A DNA stretch of 64,000 nucleotides from Dicyema japonicum (GCA_011109175.1 RDEW01000025.1:527990-591989); one strand, 5' to 3'; counted from the stretch's first letter, positions 36,894 through 54,685 are shown. Program-made: numbers and translations. The notes: a model not told the origin generated them from the letters alone.

Positions 36894-38929
36894 CAGTGTT
36901 TCCCAACCTGGGTTCCGCGAAATTTATTATAAATTATTTAATAATAATTAAAATCCCAATGTTCGCCTTTGTCCCTACACTATTCAACCTTTTCCTCCAC
37001 GATCTACTAGCAGACATTGACAAGGAGTTCCTACTGCTTTCTTATGCTGATGATGTTATCATTGCAACAAGAAGCAGTTCGACATCAGAAACAGTCTCAC
37101 TCGCACAGAAGAAAGTGGATTGTGTCCATGATTTGTCGATAGCTAACCGTCTTTCGGCATAGACGAATTTAGAAATAAAATTCCCAAAATTTGTCCCTTT
37201 CTGTGTGAGTGAGACTGTTTCTAGACGAATTTAGAAATAAAAATTGCCAAAATTTGTCCAAACATTCAATCTTAACTTTTGGAGACTCATATTTCAAGTT
37301 TAATGGACATCCAATTTATTGGAATGGAAAATAACACACAATTATATGATGAGTGGAAATTGAAAATCATACCTTTAAAGACACAATACTGTTCAACCCC
37401 TACCCCGATAGAAAAGCGCCCCAAATCTTATAAAGTCATGTTCAAAAAAATCATCGAGTGTATTTATATCGAACAAATGTCTAAGAAACTGGATCTTGTT
37501 TCTTTGTCAAATAATGATATTTCAACTTTAGGAAAATATTGAAACGCAGTTACTAATTCGTTTTAATAATTCTAATGGTTTTGCCATTCAAATTGATGAG
37601 TCTATTGATGTTGAGGATTGGCAGTTTTATTGGTTTTCGTTCGATACCCATTTGACGATATTATTGAAGACATGTTAATGTGCGTTGGAGAGTAATTGTA
37701 CTGGGGAAAATATTTTCAACACTATTAAAAATTATTTTACTGCAAAAAACATAAATTGGAATAAATGTGTGGATGTTTGTAGTGATGGAGCTAAATGTAT
37801 TATCGGAAAATATTTTGGAGTTGTACCAAGGATAAAATAATTGACTCCTTATTGTACTATTATTGCATTCTTCACCGTCATGCTCGGTGTCAAAGAATAT
37901 TTCCTTTTTATTGAGTGAAGTTTTGGAAGATGCTATCAAAATTATTAATTATCTTCAAAAAGACCTATCCAATCTCGTATAATTCAAATATTGTGCGATG
38001 AAATGGGATGCAAACATACATCATTACTTTCCATACAGAAGTAAGGTGGTTGTCACGTGGATGGGTATTGCAACGTTTGTTCGAATTACAAAACGAACTT
38101 GTTGTTTCTCAAAAAACGAAATTTTCCAATTTAAAAAATTGGAAAACAATCTTTGGTTACAGAGAATTGCATATTGGTTTCAATTTATGAAAAACTGAAT
38201 AAATTTACATTATCTCTACAAGGAAAATATCAAACTGTTTTTATTTTGAACGATAAAGTAATGGCCTTAAAACGGAAAATCGAATTTTGGCGGTCATCCA
38301 TAAATAAAAATAACATTACATGCTTTGCCGTTTTGCAAGAGTATCTTGATGAATCAAAATGCGCATTGGACGATGCAGAGTTTAGGGCATCAAAGATCAT
38401 TTAGGAATTTTGGGTGATAACATTGCGAAATATTTTCCGGATAAATTTGATGACGATTGGGTTCAAAATCTATTCAAAATTAAAGTAATATCAGCAAATC
38501 TAACATCAATTTAATATGAACATCTCATTGACATCAGAATCCAAATCAGATATATAAAAATGAATCCCCTTTTAATTTTTGAAGAGCATACATTTCAAAA
38601 TATCCTGATATCTCAGAAAAGGCTATACGTAAAATATTACCTCTTCCAGCGACTTACTTATGCGAGTCGGGGTTTTCAATATATACATCTACCAAAACAA
38701 AATAAAGAAATAAACTCAATGCTTCCCTGATATGAGGATAAGTTGTCAACAATAACTCCTAACTTTACACAACTATGCTATGGTAAAAATTACCTCAATG
38801 TTCACATTAAAATAGTTTTTGGTTATTCGATTATGTTTTAAGTGAAATTGTAGTAATTGAATTGGAAGGGTTCCACAAAAAAATTAGCCCAAAAGGGTTC
38901 CGCGAGCACCTTAAGGTTAGGAACCACTG
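36894..38929 (+). mobile_element. Buster/Charlie-type hAT transposon, decayed, both TIRs present
   Basis: Left TIR CAGTGTTTCCCAACCT; right TIR (rc) CAGTGGTTCCTAACCT. Transposase remnants FAIQIDES, CSDGA, HTEVRWLSRG and TYLCESGFS. Confidence 0.9.
36955..37160 (+). mobile_element. LINE RT fragment nested in the hAT element
   Basis: PTLFNLFLHDL...SYADDVIIAT. Confidence 0.8.
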
Positions 38930-39282
38930 TTTTAGACCGATGAGGGGACGTCAAAACCGGAGGGAACAAGCATCTTGAATTACTCTTCATAACAGACTTT
39001 AAGTTTTTTTTATCTGAGTGTTTGTGGGGTATTAGATAAGGGGTCATATAATCAGAACTATGACCGATGACTTTGTTGATTCTGGATTGAGGACAGAAAA
39101 ATTGAAAATCTTCATGTCTCACCGAGGTATCGAGCTCAAATCAACGGTATCTATAATACCACCTTAAAAGGCAAACTAATTCAATAACTATCCTTGATCC
39201 CATTTGAAAGCTCACAGGTTTTTGTAAAAAAGACAGTCAAGAACAAACAAGTAACATATAAACAAAAAAGTTGACAAGGAAA

Positions 39283-43651
<4,369 letters not shown>

Positions 43652-43779
43652 AATAAACTCGTTGTCTTGGTGATATTAATATAATAAATATTATTAATTT
43701 AAAGATAATAATTTAACAAAATTAAAATATTTTACAGGGTTTGTTTATTTATTTAATAACTTCAGAAAATTTAATTTAT

Positions 43780-44085
43780 TTATTTATTAACCCCGGTACA
43801 CCGAGAAAGAAGTTAAAGTAAAAAACTAATTAAGTGTATCCAGTTTCCACTTCAACAGAAACAGAGTCCATCCGGAATCAACATAAAGGATAAAAGACGT
43901 CTATACTTGCAATTGTGGAACTTCTCCAGCGGAGTGGGGGAGAGCAAATGATCCTTTTTCGTGCCGCCTGGCACTGGGCGCCACCTAGGCAGGTGGATCA
44001 CATGACGCCACTCTAATAGGAAGATGGAGGAGGAACAGACAAGCAAGCAGAAACTTCAACCAATTAGCCACGAAGGGCGCCAATA
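43780..44085 (-). mobile_element. short internally deleted family-A element (best-preserved HDV-like core 43949-44009 + full tail)
   Basis: Leader, GGCGTCATGTGATCCACCTGCCTAGGTGGCGCCCAGTGCCAGGCGGCACGAAAAAGGATCA, ~110 bp spacer, then tail CTCGGTGTACCGGGGTT(AATA)n. Confidence 0.8.
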
Positions 44086-44229
44086 ACTTTGGCAAATAAT
44101 TTAATAACTTTGTCAAATATTTATGGGATTATTATTTACATTTTTGGGATTATTATTTATATTTATTAGATCATTATTTATATTTATTCGATTATTAAGT
44201 TTCTATAAAAACAAATTTTAGCGCAAAAT

Positions 44230-44850
44230 AAATTAAATGAAAACAAAAACAAAAATATTACTGTATCCGAGGATATCCGAAAACTTATAAATAAATATGA
44301 AACAGAGTTGGCTTATTCAAAAATAAGCGAAGACATCTGTATTAACTAACAGACATTTGTTTTTATCGTCAATAAATAAAAAAATACAGGAAGTAATTGT
44401 GGACGAAAAAAAACTTAATTCATCGGACATCTTATTTTTGACTAAAAGAATTGAAGAAGATGCTTCATTTACGGTGAAGAATTTACAAAATTCTTTATTT
44501 GATGTGCAAAGAAAAAATGTCTATATCGACAATAAATAGGACGCTAGAGACATTTGGATATATTTTTAAGAAGATTCAATTGTACCTTTGGCGAGAAATT
44601 CTACAATAAATATGGAAGAAAGGTATATGCCAGAAAAATAATTGAAATTGATAATCAACGGCTTATTTTTATAGACGAAATGGGAGTCAATTGTTCGATG
44701 AGATCCAAATTTGAAAGATCTATAAAAGGAGTTACTCCGAACAAATATATTAGAAACATAAGAGAAAAAAATTTCTTTATTTGTGCTGCTATTTCAGTGG
44801 ACGGTCTTTTACATTACGAAATCAATTCCTCCCCTTATCGCAGAGGCTCT
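44230..44850 (+). mobile_element. IS630/Tc1 transposase remnant
   Basis: HTH-like FTVKNLQNSL, LIFIDEMG..., RS.KG.TP and NFFICAAISVDGLLHYEI; truncated. Confidence 0.75.
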
Positions 44851-45822
44851 ACCGTGCTAAAGTTGGGACATTGGAAGACAACGGAAGAAGAGTTTGGAAT
44901 TAATGGAAGCTAGGATCATTTAATTAATTGTTTTTAGCATCCTCCTTGGTGATCTTTCTTGATGAAATGCACGTGGCGACGACTGGAAACTAAATGAATC
45001 CCAAATATTCCCCTATCAACTGGTTCTCAACCTTAGGGAAGTCGGATTGGATGAGCGGGCGCAAAACTTTCGCTTTAAAACACCAGAATGACTCCTCATA
45101 ACCCTCGCTGTGGACATCGAACATAGCCCAGTCACAAAAAATCACTTTTATCAATATTCACTTAAATTTTTAGAATAATTATCATGCCCATTTTCCAAAG
45201 TAAAGGACTGAGTTCGCTTTAATGAATTTCTCTTAACTTGCTCTCAATAGTAATAGCCTCTACGTAGAAAATAAAGAAATCGATTTCAGTAAATATCTCG
45301 AAAATTCCATCTTTCCTGTTCTTTTATCGAGCAACACGTATTTTTCCACACTTATGCAAATTCGATCTAGACGACAAAATTGCTGATGGGTTGAAGAGTC
45401 GTTCGGTGGCATTTAAAAAACCCCTCTTGATCGACACAGTTTGAGGAACTGGACCAACATTTCGTACAAGACTACTCAATCGACCCTTTTGGAAACGGAC
45501 GACTTGCGTCATCGGGCTTATTTTGTTAGCCTCTTCCCCCCCACTGCGGTGCTTGGCTAAACGCGTTTCCATTTTGTTAGCCTCTTCCCCCCAGCCAGAC
45601 TCATCCGTGCCGTTGTGGACTGGAAAAGGCTCTCTTACTGTCTCAGTAGTGGCCGGTTCCCGAGGCATGTCGCTATCAACGGGGTTGTGAAGCGCTCTCT
45701 TGATGAGGCTGTATTTTCGTCATCTCTGGAACCAGTGAGCCTGGATCGTGGATATGAAAGCGCCCAGACGAGGTAACAGTATTTGCCTTTTCTGGAGGGA
45801 AATTCTTGATTTGCGATGAGGC

Positions 45823-46134
45823 TTGCATCGACACCTTTTCCAGTCGAAAGCTGGGGAGAATGTTCAAACTTTCGAGAATTTCAAAATAAGAAAAAACGTC
45901 AGCTTCTTAATAAGATTCGTCGAAACGAGCGGAGTCTTTGAGGCCAAGACAGTTTCTTTTCTAAGATCGCTCGAGTCCATGATATCGAAAGCGAGTAACG
46001 AACGTCGGGTAACTGAGCGGCTGTTCCAAAGGATTTATATGGCAGTTGTCATGGGAACAGCCACCCAATTACGTCAACTGGATTACCTTGATTGTTTTGT
46101 TACATTTGTAAACTGTCAAAAAATTAAGAAGTAA
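45823..46134 (+). mobile_element. CRE-like 3' end fragment
   Basis: FVETSGVFEAKT..FLRSL...RVTERLFQRIYMAVVMG followed by a short A/T-rich tail. Confidence 0.7.
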
Positions 46135-46249
46135 TTAAGGAAATATGCACTTTGAATTACATAGATATGCATAAAACTTATCTAGAAGCTCTGTGTATTA
46201 CGTCGGAGATTAATAACAAAAATCAGACTTGGTTTATTTAAATTTATTT

Positions 46250-46310
46250 ATAACCCCGAGATCACCGAGAAAGAAAGACAAAAAAACTTCAGACAGTTAG
46301 GTAATCCCAG
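46250..46310 (-). repeat. solo family-A LINE tail
   Basis: CTGGGATTACCTAAC...CTCGGTGATCTCGGGGTTAT, about 110 bp downstream of the LENG8 stop on the same strand. Confidence 0.7.
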
Positions 46311-46422
46311 TTATTTTACTTTAAATGATTTGAAAAGTGGAATTATATCAAAATAAAATGAAAAGTGGAATATATCAAAAAATATTAAAAGAACTTTTAT
46401 TACAATTAATAAAATCAAAATA

Positions 46423-48204
46423 TTATGCAATTCGAGCAAAAGTTTGCTTACAATCAATATAGTCTCCATCAATAACAGCTCCCTGTTCGGCTAAAAAATC
46501 AAATAACTTTTCCTGTTCACTAAAACACAGAATGGTTTGCACACTCACAACAGGGAGAGTCGGTCTATAACTACAAAATATACTCAACAACATACGACTG
46601 ACACAAACACGTCAACACACGGCTTCTGAATGAATCAATAAACCAATCAATGATATACTTACCAAGTCCTGGGAATGTTCGGTAGGTTTTAAAGAAAAGA
46701 GCAAAATTACAAGTTTGGTAGGCCTTCTGTAAAGTCAAAGCCGCCACAATAAACTCGTTCTTCATCTGCTCTGACTCAAGGTTCCCTACAACCTCCATTA
46801 CGCCTTTAATAAGCACCTCTCAAACCAGCATCGTGGCGAGTAAAGAGGTAGTTTAGGATAAAATAGCAGAGGTACTCCTCATTGGCAGGAAACACACAGC
46901 TTGGCAGTTCCATCAGCAGTCGTAGCTGAGACAGACACTGCCCAAACTCAGTGGAATCTCCCTGAAAGTTAAAGTTAAGCATACAGCAAGCAATGCAATC
47001 CGTGCGTGAGTGTCGTACACACTCAGGGCAAAATTATTCCGAATTCCTTGTACCTTAACATCATCACACTCAGCTACCGTCATATCCTGTCTTATCGATT
47101 TGAGTTGGTCAGACACGTATAGGTAATCCCCTTCATCATCCCAAACTTCCTTCACCAACTCCAACGACTTTTTCAGGATCCTCTCAGGTCTCACTTTGGT
47201 GGGATCAATGTCCTGCGAATAACAAAACACGAAACCGAAGTAATTCTGTAAAAGTCCTTCTCCAGTTCCACGCATGTCCCTACAATATAGTCGACAGACT
47301 AATCATAAAGAATGAGACAAACCGCCTCGGCAAAGAGAACGTCCGAGGTGTTACGCAACTGACTTGAAATTCGCTCCACTCTGTTTTGGTGGTTAGTTGT
47401 CCATTCTGCACTCTTTGTGACCACAATGGAACTGAAATATAAAAATTACCCCCACCTTGTGTCATGTTCAGTCACATACTGGGTCGTAGCCTTCATTTTC
47501 TCCAATTCGCTGGCCAAACTAGCCTTGTTCTTCTTAGATCTCTTCTTGCATTTCTTTTTGAAGGCAGTCGTCTTTCCATCTGCAGTTGGTTGGCAATTTT
47601 GGCCATTCTCAGAAAGATTACCGGGAAAAATCTGCTGATTGGTGGAGGTCGATGTTGTTGGGACAGATTTGTCCCATGTCTCTGGGTAGAATCGGTTAAC
47701 CCTAGGAATATTGACAAAAACTGCCTTTTGGCAGAAGGCTTTGTCTCCTCGGTCGGTTTGGTAGGAAGACTAGAACTCAGAACACGCTCCAATTCCTTCT
47801 TGTTCGACTGAATACTCCTAAGAAAGGGATTTTGAGTGATGGAATTCGGCCTATAAGAGGGAACTACTGGATTTGATGGATAAAACGAGTTCATTGGGTA
47901 ATAAAATTGTGGACGGACGGGGATTGGGACGTTATAACCCTGAGCAAATGGATAGTAGTTGACAGGGTAATAGAACGAAGAGGTTGAGTAATTTTGAGCT
48001 AAATAATGATAAAAACATGGCGACCAGGATAGTTCCAGCACTGTTGAGGAACGTATCCATGGCAGACGGCGGAACTATTGTATTAGGGGATTTATACTTG
48101 ATGTGTTGTGCAGGGGGAACAGCCGGCCTGTTGGGGACAGCAGTACTTTCTGTTGGTGGAAGTTGAATATCACTTACGTCAATGGAAATATTCTTATTCT
48201 CCAT
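46423..48204 (-). CDS. LENG8: LENG8/THP3 (SAC3/GANP PCI-domain protein)
   Basis: Pro/Tyr-rich N-terminus; DPTKVRPERILKKSLELV, DQLKSIRQD.TVQGIRNNF..VY.THARIAL and C-terminal IDCK. Confidence 0.85.
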
Positions 48205-48317
48205 TTTTGTTATGGCTACAAGGTACCACAGGAGATAATAAATAAATGGTTATTTTTATTTTTAATTTAATTATTAATAATAATAAATTTTAGGCGTGTT
48301 TTTCAAATTTGGTTTTC
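48205..48317. promoter_or_regulatory. putative bidirectional promoter (LENG8 / DHX15)
   Basis: 113 bp with an AT-rich core between divergent ATGs. Confidence 0.6.
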
Positions 48318-50651
<2,334 letters not shown>

Positions 50652-51544
50652 TTTGATGATTTTATTTGATTATCTTAGTTTTATTGAATATTGATTTCTT
50701 CCATCCAAGATAATGTAGTTTTCTAAGCACGAACCATAATAACCTTTCACCAAAGCAATAGTACTTATAGATCCGCATGTTCACACACTTTATTTTTAGG
50801 GTAAAGAAGATTATGATAATTATCCTTTAAGGGAGTCAAGGTATATTCTTAACCTTTTTTTGGTTGCATGTGAGTCACGTTTTTACTTTCACTTTTTAAT
50901 TATTTCAATTTTATTATGAAAAAAAATCATTCATTGAGATCAAGGAAGCTTGATGAAGGCTCTTCTGAGAATGGAACTGAATGCCCCAGCTATCTTAGTC
51001 ATGGAGAACTTCTTCGTCTCTGATGCTCCCAGATTATGTGGACGATTGAGGATCACCCTCCCTATGGTTTTCGACAAGGATTTCCTTGGGAGACGCCGAA
51101 GAGAAAGGGAGGATCTAAATGAACTACGTGACCTTGCGTATGACATGTAGGAGGGAGATAACTGTTATAAGTTTCTCGTGTTGAATATGCTGTGTCATTA
51201 CCATGTCATAGTGAGAGTGCTAAATAATAAAAACATGATTTCGTATAATTAAATGAAGACATTCCAGACCAGAGGTTTCCCGACCTCAATCGGAAAAATA
51301 GACATTCATCTGCTGTTAACATCATTACTGCATGTCGACAAATTCAAGAAAAATGATAACCGACCGAATCCATAATCCGTCTGACAATCTCGTTTAGGGC
51401 ATTGTGTTTGAGAGATCTCACAGTACTCCTCCTAAAAGCAAGTGTTTAGTTTATAAAATACAATTCCCCTTATCGCACTTGCCATTTTCATCCAGTGAGC
51501 ATCGAAGGGCCCATCCCTAAGTTAGTTAGTTACTTAAGTGACCC

Positions 51545-52364
51545 CGGCTTCAATAATTTGTAGGAGACCAGCGGCTATTAAGTAAGACGCGCTTAGGTCC
51601 CTGCAGATTAGCGTGTTTTAAATCCAAATGAATCTGGTAGGTAGCTTGTAGAGATATAAACAATTGTCAATCGGAGAGAGGATAGGCGGGTTCTTATTGT
51701 TAGCTGTTCCAGTGGATCGTCCAGGGGGGAGGTGGTTAGAAATCTTATCTGAAATATTGCTTCCCAGGATGTGATTCCTGACCAAAGTAATAAAGCCTCC
51801 ACTCTTCCATGTTTTCTGTCCTTCTGAAATTGAGTATTCGAGTATGTGGGGGTTGGTTGCCGTGAGTTTAGTTTCATCTTGAAAAAGCTATATCCACTAA
51901 ATTTTGAAGAGATCTGGTCCAGGATTTTCCTCGACGTCTCCCCCAACACCATCCACGTCAATATGGTCGCAGGATAAGACTTTTAAATATTTCAAGTAGC
52001 AATGCCAACATTTAAGTGAGTCACGTGACATTTTCACGTGTCGCGGGTGAGTAAACACGTGTATTCAAAATAACACAGTAAATCAAATTAACTAATGCCC
52101 TGATCGTGATGTATTCTAGTAGAGCCCTATCTAGGTACTGTGATCCAGATGAGATTGTTTTAGAAGCCAAAGTCTATGCCAGAACTCATCGCCAGGGAGC
52201 GAAATAGTCACTCTGTGGAATTAAGAGATGGATCTTTTTGAATTCCAACCAGAATGGGTGTCTCCTGATTTAGGTGGATCACATAACGCCACTCTATTAG
52301 AAAAGGGGAGAAGAACAGACAAAACAAACAGAAATGTTAAATCAAGTAGCCATATGGTACCACG
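51545..52364 (-). mobile_element. family-A LINE 5' portion: leader, HDV-like core (52230-52290), 2A motif, APE endonuclease (decayed)
   Basis: GGDVEENPGP at 51915-51944, immediately followed by APE-type ETKLT...KSGGFITLVR. Confidence 0.85.
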
Positions 52365-52433
52365 ATCCAACCACTCGGCTTAAAAATAAAATTCACTAAC
52401 AACTAATCTACCTGGTCAAAACTTTTACATTAT

Positions 52434-52825
52434 TTTTACCCGAGGATCACTGGGTCAAAGAAAAAGAAATAAAGTTCTCAACAAACTAAGTAATCCCAGA
52501 ACTACATTGGAGAGGACAAGTCAGACGGGATTGAGAATCCTGTACTGTTCTTCTCATCGGACATGGCATCGGCTCGAGCTTTCTGTATGATTGTAGATAT
52601 TTTGATAATTTATGGAACAAAGGGCAGCTCGGTAGACAGACGCCTTTTAAAGTTTTTGTTGTAATTCGATTAAAAAGTTTTCAAAGGGCTGGATTTTGTG
52701 TCTGGTCCAATTAACTTTGTTGCAGCCTCCTGGATTGCGGATAGTTTCAAGGAAGAGGCACGTGAAATCTGCATTTCCCACGAAGGACTTGCATACATTA
52801 TCGAGGGAGACAGAGCTGTCTTTTT
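52434..52825 (-). mobile_element. family-A LINE 3' fragment with tail
   Basis: SPSIMYASPSW...PCPMRRTVQDS...TCP..GIT* followed by the tail hairpin. Confidence 0.8.
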
Positions 52826-52827
52826 TA

Positions 52828-52990
52828 CGTGGTAAATTGGTTGAATATATTGAAGTTTTCTGTTTGTTTGCCTGTTCCTCCTATCTCTTCCTATTAGAGT
52901 GGCGTCATGTGATCCACTTGTCTAGGTGACGCCCAGTGCCAGGACGGCACGAAAAGTTTACTTTAACTTTTTTCTCGGTGTATCCGGGGT
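52828..52990 (+). mobile_element. minimal head+tail family-A element
   Basis: Head nearly identical to the 43780-44085 element, joined after GAAAAG directly to TTTACTTTAAC...CTCGGTGTATCCGGGGTT. Confidence 0.8.
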
Positions 52991-53149
52991 TGTTAAATTC
53001 AATGTGAATAAACTAAGTTTATGGCTTTGGCAAAAATCAATCGACAGCTAGCCCGGAGAAGTCGGTGTTGACCGTATTCACGACAAACAAAAGATTAGGA
53101 AAAAATATAAATTGACGTCACACTGGATGGGGAAAATATCCCGCAAAAT

Positions 53150-53620
53150 TAATTCCAGAAAATCCTATGAGTTACCTTTGACACCTTCTTAACCTTTCCA
53201 AAACACGTAGAAAATATGTTATTGACTTGTACGAAGAAAATCAACTTCCTGAAGGCGTTCTTGGGAAACCAAGAGACAAAAAAGATCTGATTAAACTGGG
53301 TGTCATACACAAACAGTTCATCGAGTCTACAATAAGATACGCATGTAATGTCTGGGGATCTAACCTTTCTGCAACGAATTTGGACAAGATCTGAACTGAA
53401 GTCGTTAAGTACGATCAATTCCTCTTCAATTAAGCAGACCGGTGCTAAATTCTCAGTGAAAACGGAAAGCGGGAAAAATTATCGGTCTCTGTCCAAAGAA
53501 TGGAAGATGTTCTTATAATGTGGGAGAATGATGCACTTTTAGGTTTCTGTGGATGGAAAGGTGGATGGGAGAACTGAAATGTGCTGACCATTGGGAATGG
53601 AATCCGGTGGGATCACGGAA
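53150..53620 (+). mobile_element. family-A LINE 3' fragment
   Basis: VTFDTFLTFPKHV, KQFIESTIRYACNVWG, Cys-rich end, then GGGATCAC. Confidence 0.7.
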
Positions 53621-54685
53621 TTGCAGTATAAGGGAACAAAGGTGGGGATGTGTGCATAAAATAGATAAAAATGGGCGTGATTGAGGAGAGATTTGTCAGA
53701 CTAGGGAGATACATGAAGGAAAGATCGGTGGAGGCCGAAAGTAAGTCCATGAAATGCCCAATGCCATGTTGGTGATGATTTATTATATGTGGTAGGTTAA
53801 CAAGGGAGTGGAGATTTGTGTGGTGGACCTTAATGTCGGATGCATGTCGTACTAACCTTAATGTAGTCCCTACAAACCTTACCATACATTTTTTACAGGA
53901 AATAGCATGATAATGGAGACATGGCGAAGTACTTTCTATGATTTCCATAAAACTCGTCCTCAATATATAATGAACCAGAATCTCGATTTGGATGTTAACT
54001 CAAAAGAGATGACGGTCAGTATACTCGTCAAATCTACAGCAATTTCACGTAGCTCCCTCATGTTCCTCAGCTCCGTAGTTGACATTCTTTCTTTTCGACT
54101 AGCTAGGCGCCTCACATGATAGGGACTTTTCTTAAGACCCAGTTTTCGTAGACTCATTTCGATCAGTGTCTTGTACTATTTCTAGTGGTAACTTCAATCT
54201 TATGTACTTTTATAGTGTAATTGATATGAGTCCATCGACAAATATTTAGCACAAAACGACTGAATAGCTCTTCCAAATAGATCATGAAGGGGGAAACTCT
54301 CAAACAACTTTCATTTACCCTGACTTCACTATCGTGTAAGAAATTGACGGCCTAAAGAAAATGAGTTAAGTTAATGTGGTACTTAAAAGGTCTAGTATGT
54401 CTCGTTTGGCCGGGCCTGCAGGAGAAAAGCGTATCTAGGTCTCTGTAGTTTTTAAAAGAAGGGTGATGTCCACAACGTAGTCGTGCAAGGGTCGCTCTGA
54501 ATTTTCTGGGCAGAGAGGATTAAGAGGGGTTGATTAGTGGCTGCCGAGAAGTTTGCTGTCCTTTAGCCTTCTGATTGCGTCGGTAGATACGGAGTTGTGG
54601 TATATTTTCTGTCCATGTCTGCCAGATCCCACGCATGAGACAACGATTCCTTATGAACGACACGACACGACAGACAACGATTTTC

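Noticed and set aside
44080-44215. Short degenerate A/T repeats (GGGATTATTATTTA etc.) as a CRISPR-like array
   Set aside because: Low complexity, no unique spacers, eukaryotic context.
47464-47811. Plus-strand ORFs over LENG8 (and similar antisense ORFs over UNC-45, NOV-like and DHX15)
   Set aside because: Antisense shadows of recognised genes with no motifs of their own.
53420-53963. Minus-strand ORFs read as an RT N-terminus
   Set aside because: The plus strand at 53150-53620 gives coherent RT C-terminal motifs and the family tail; minus-strand similarity is spurious.
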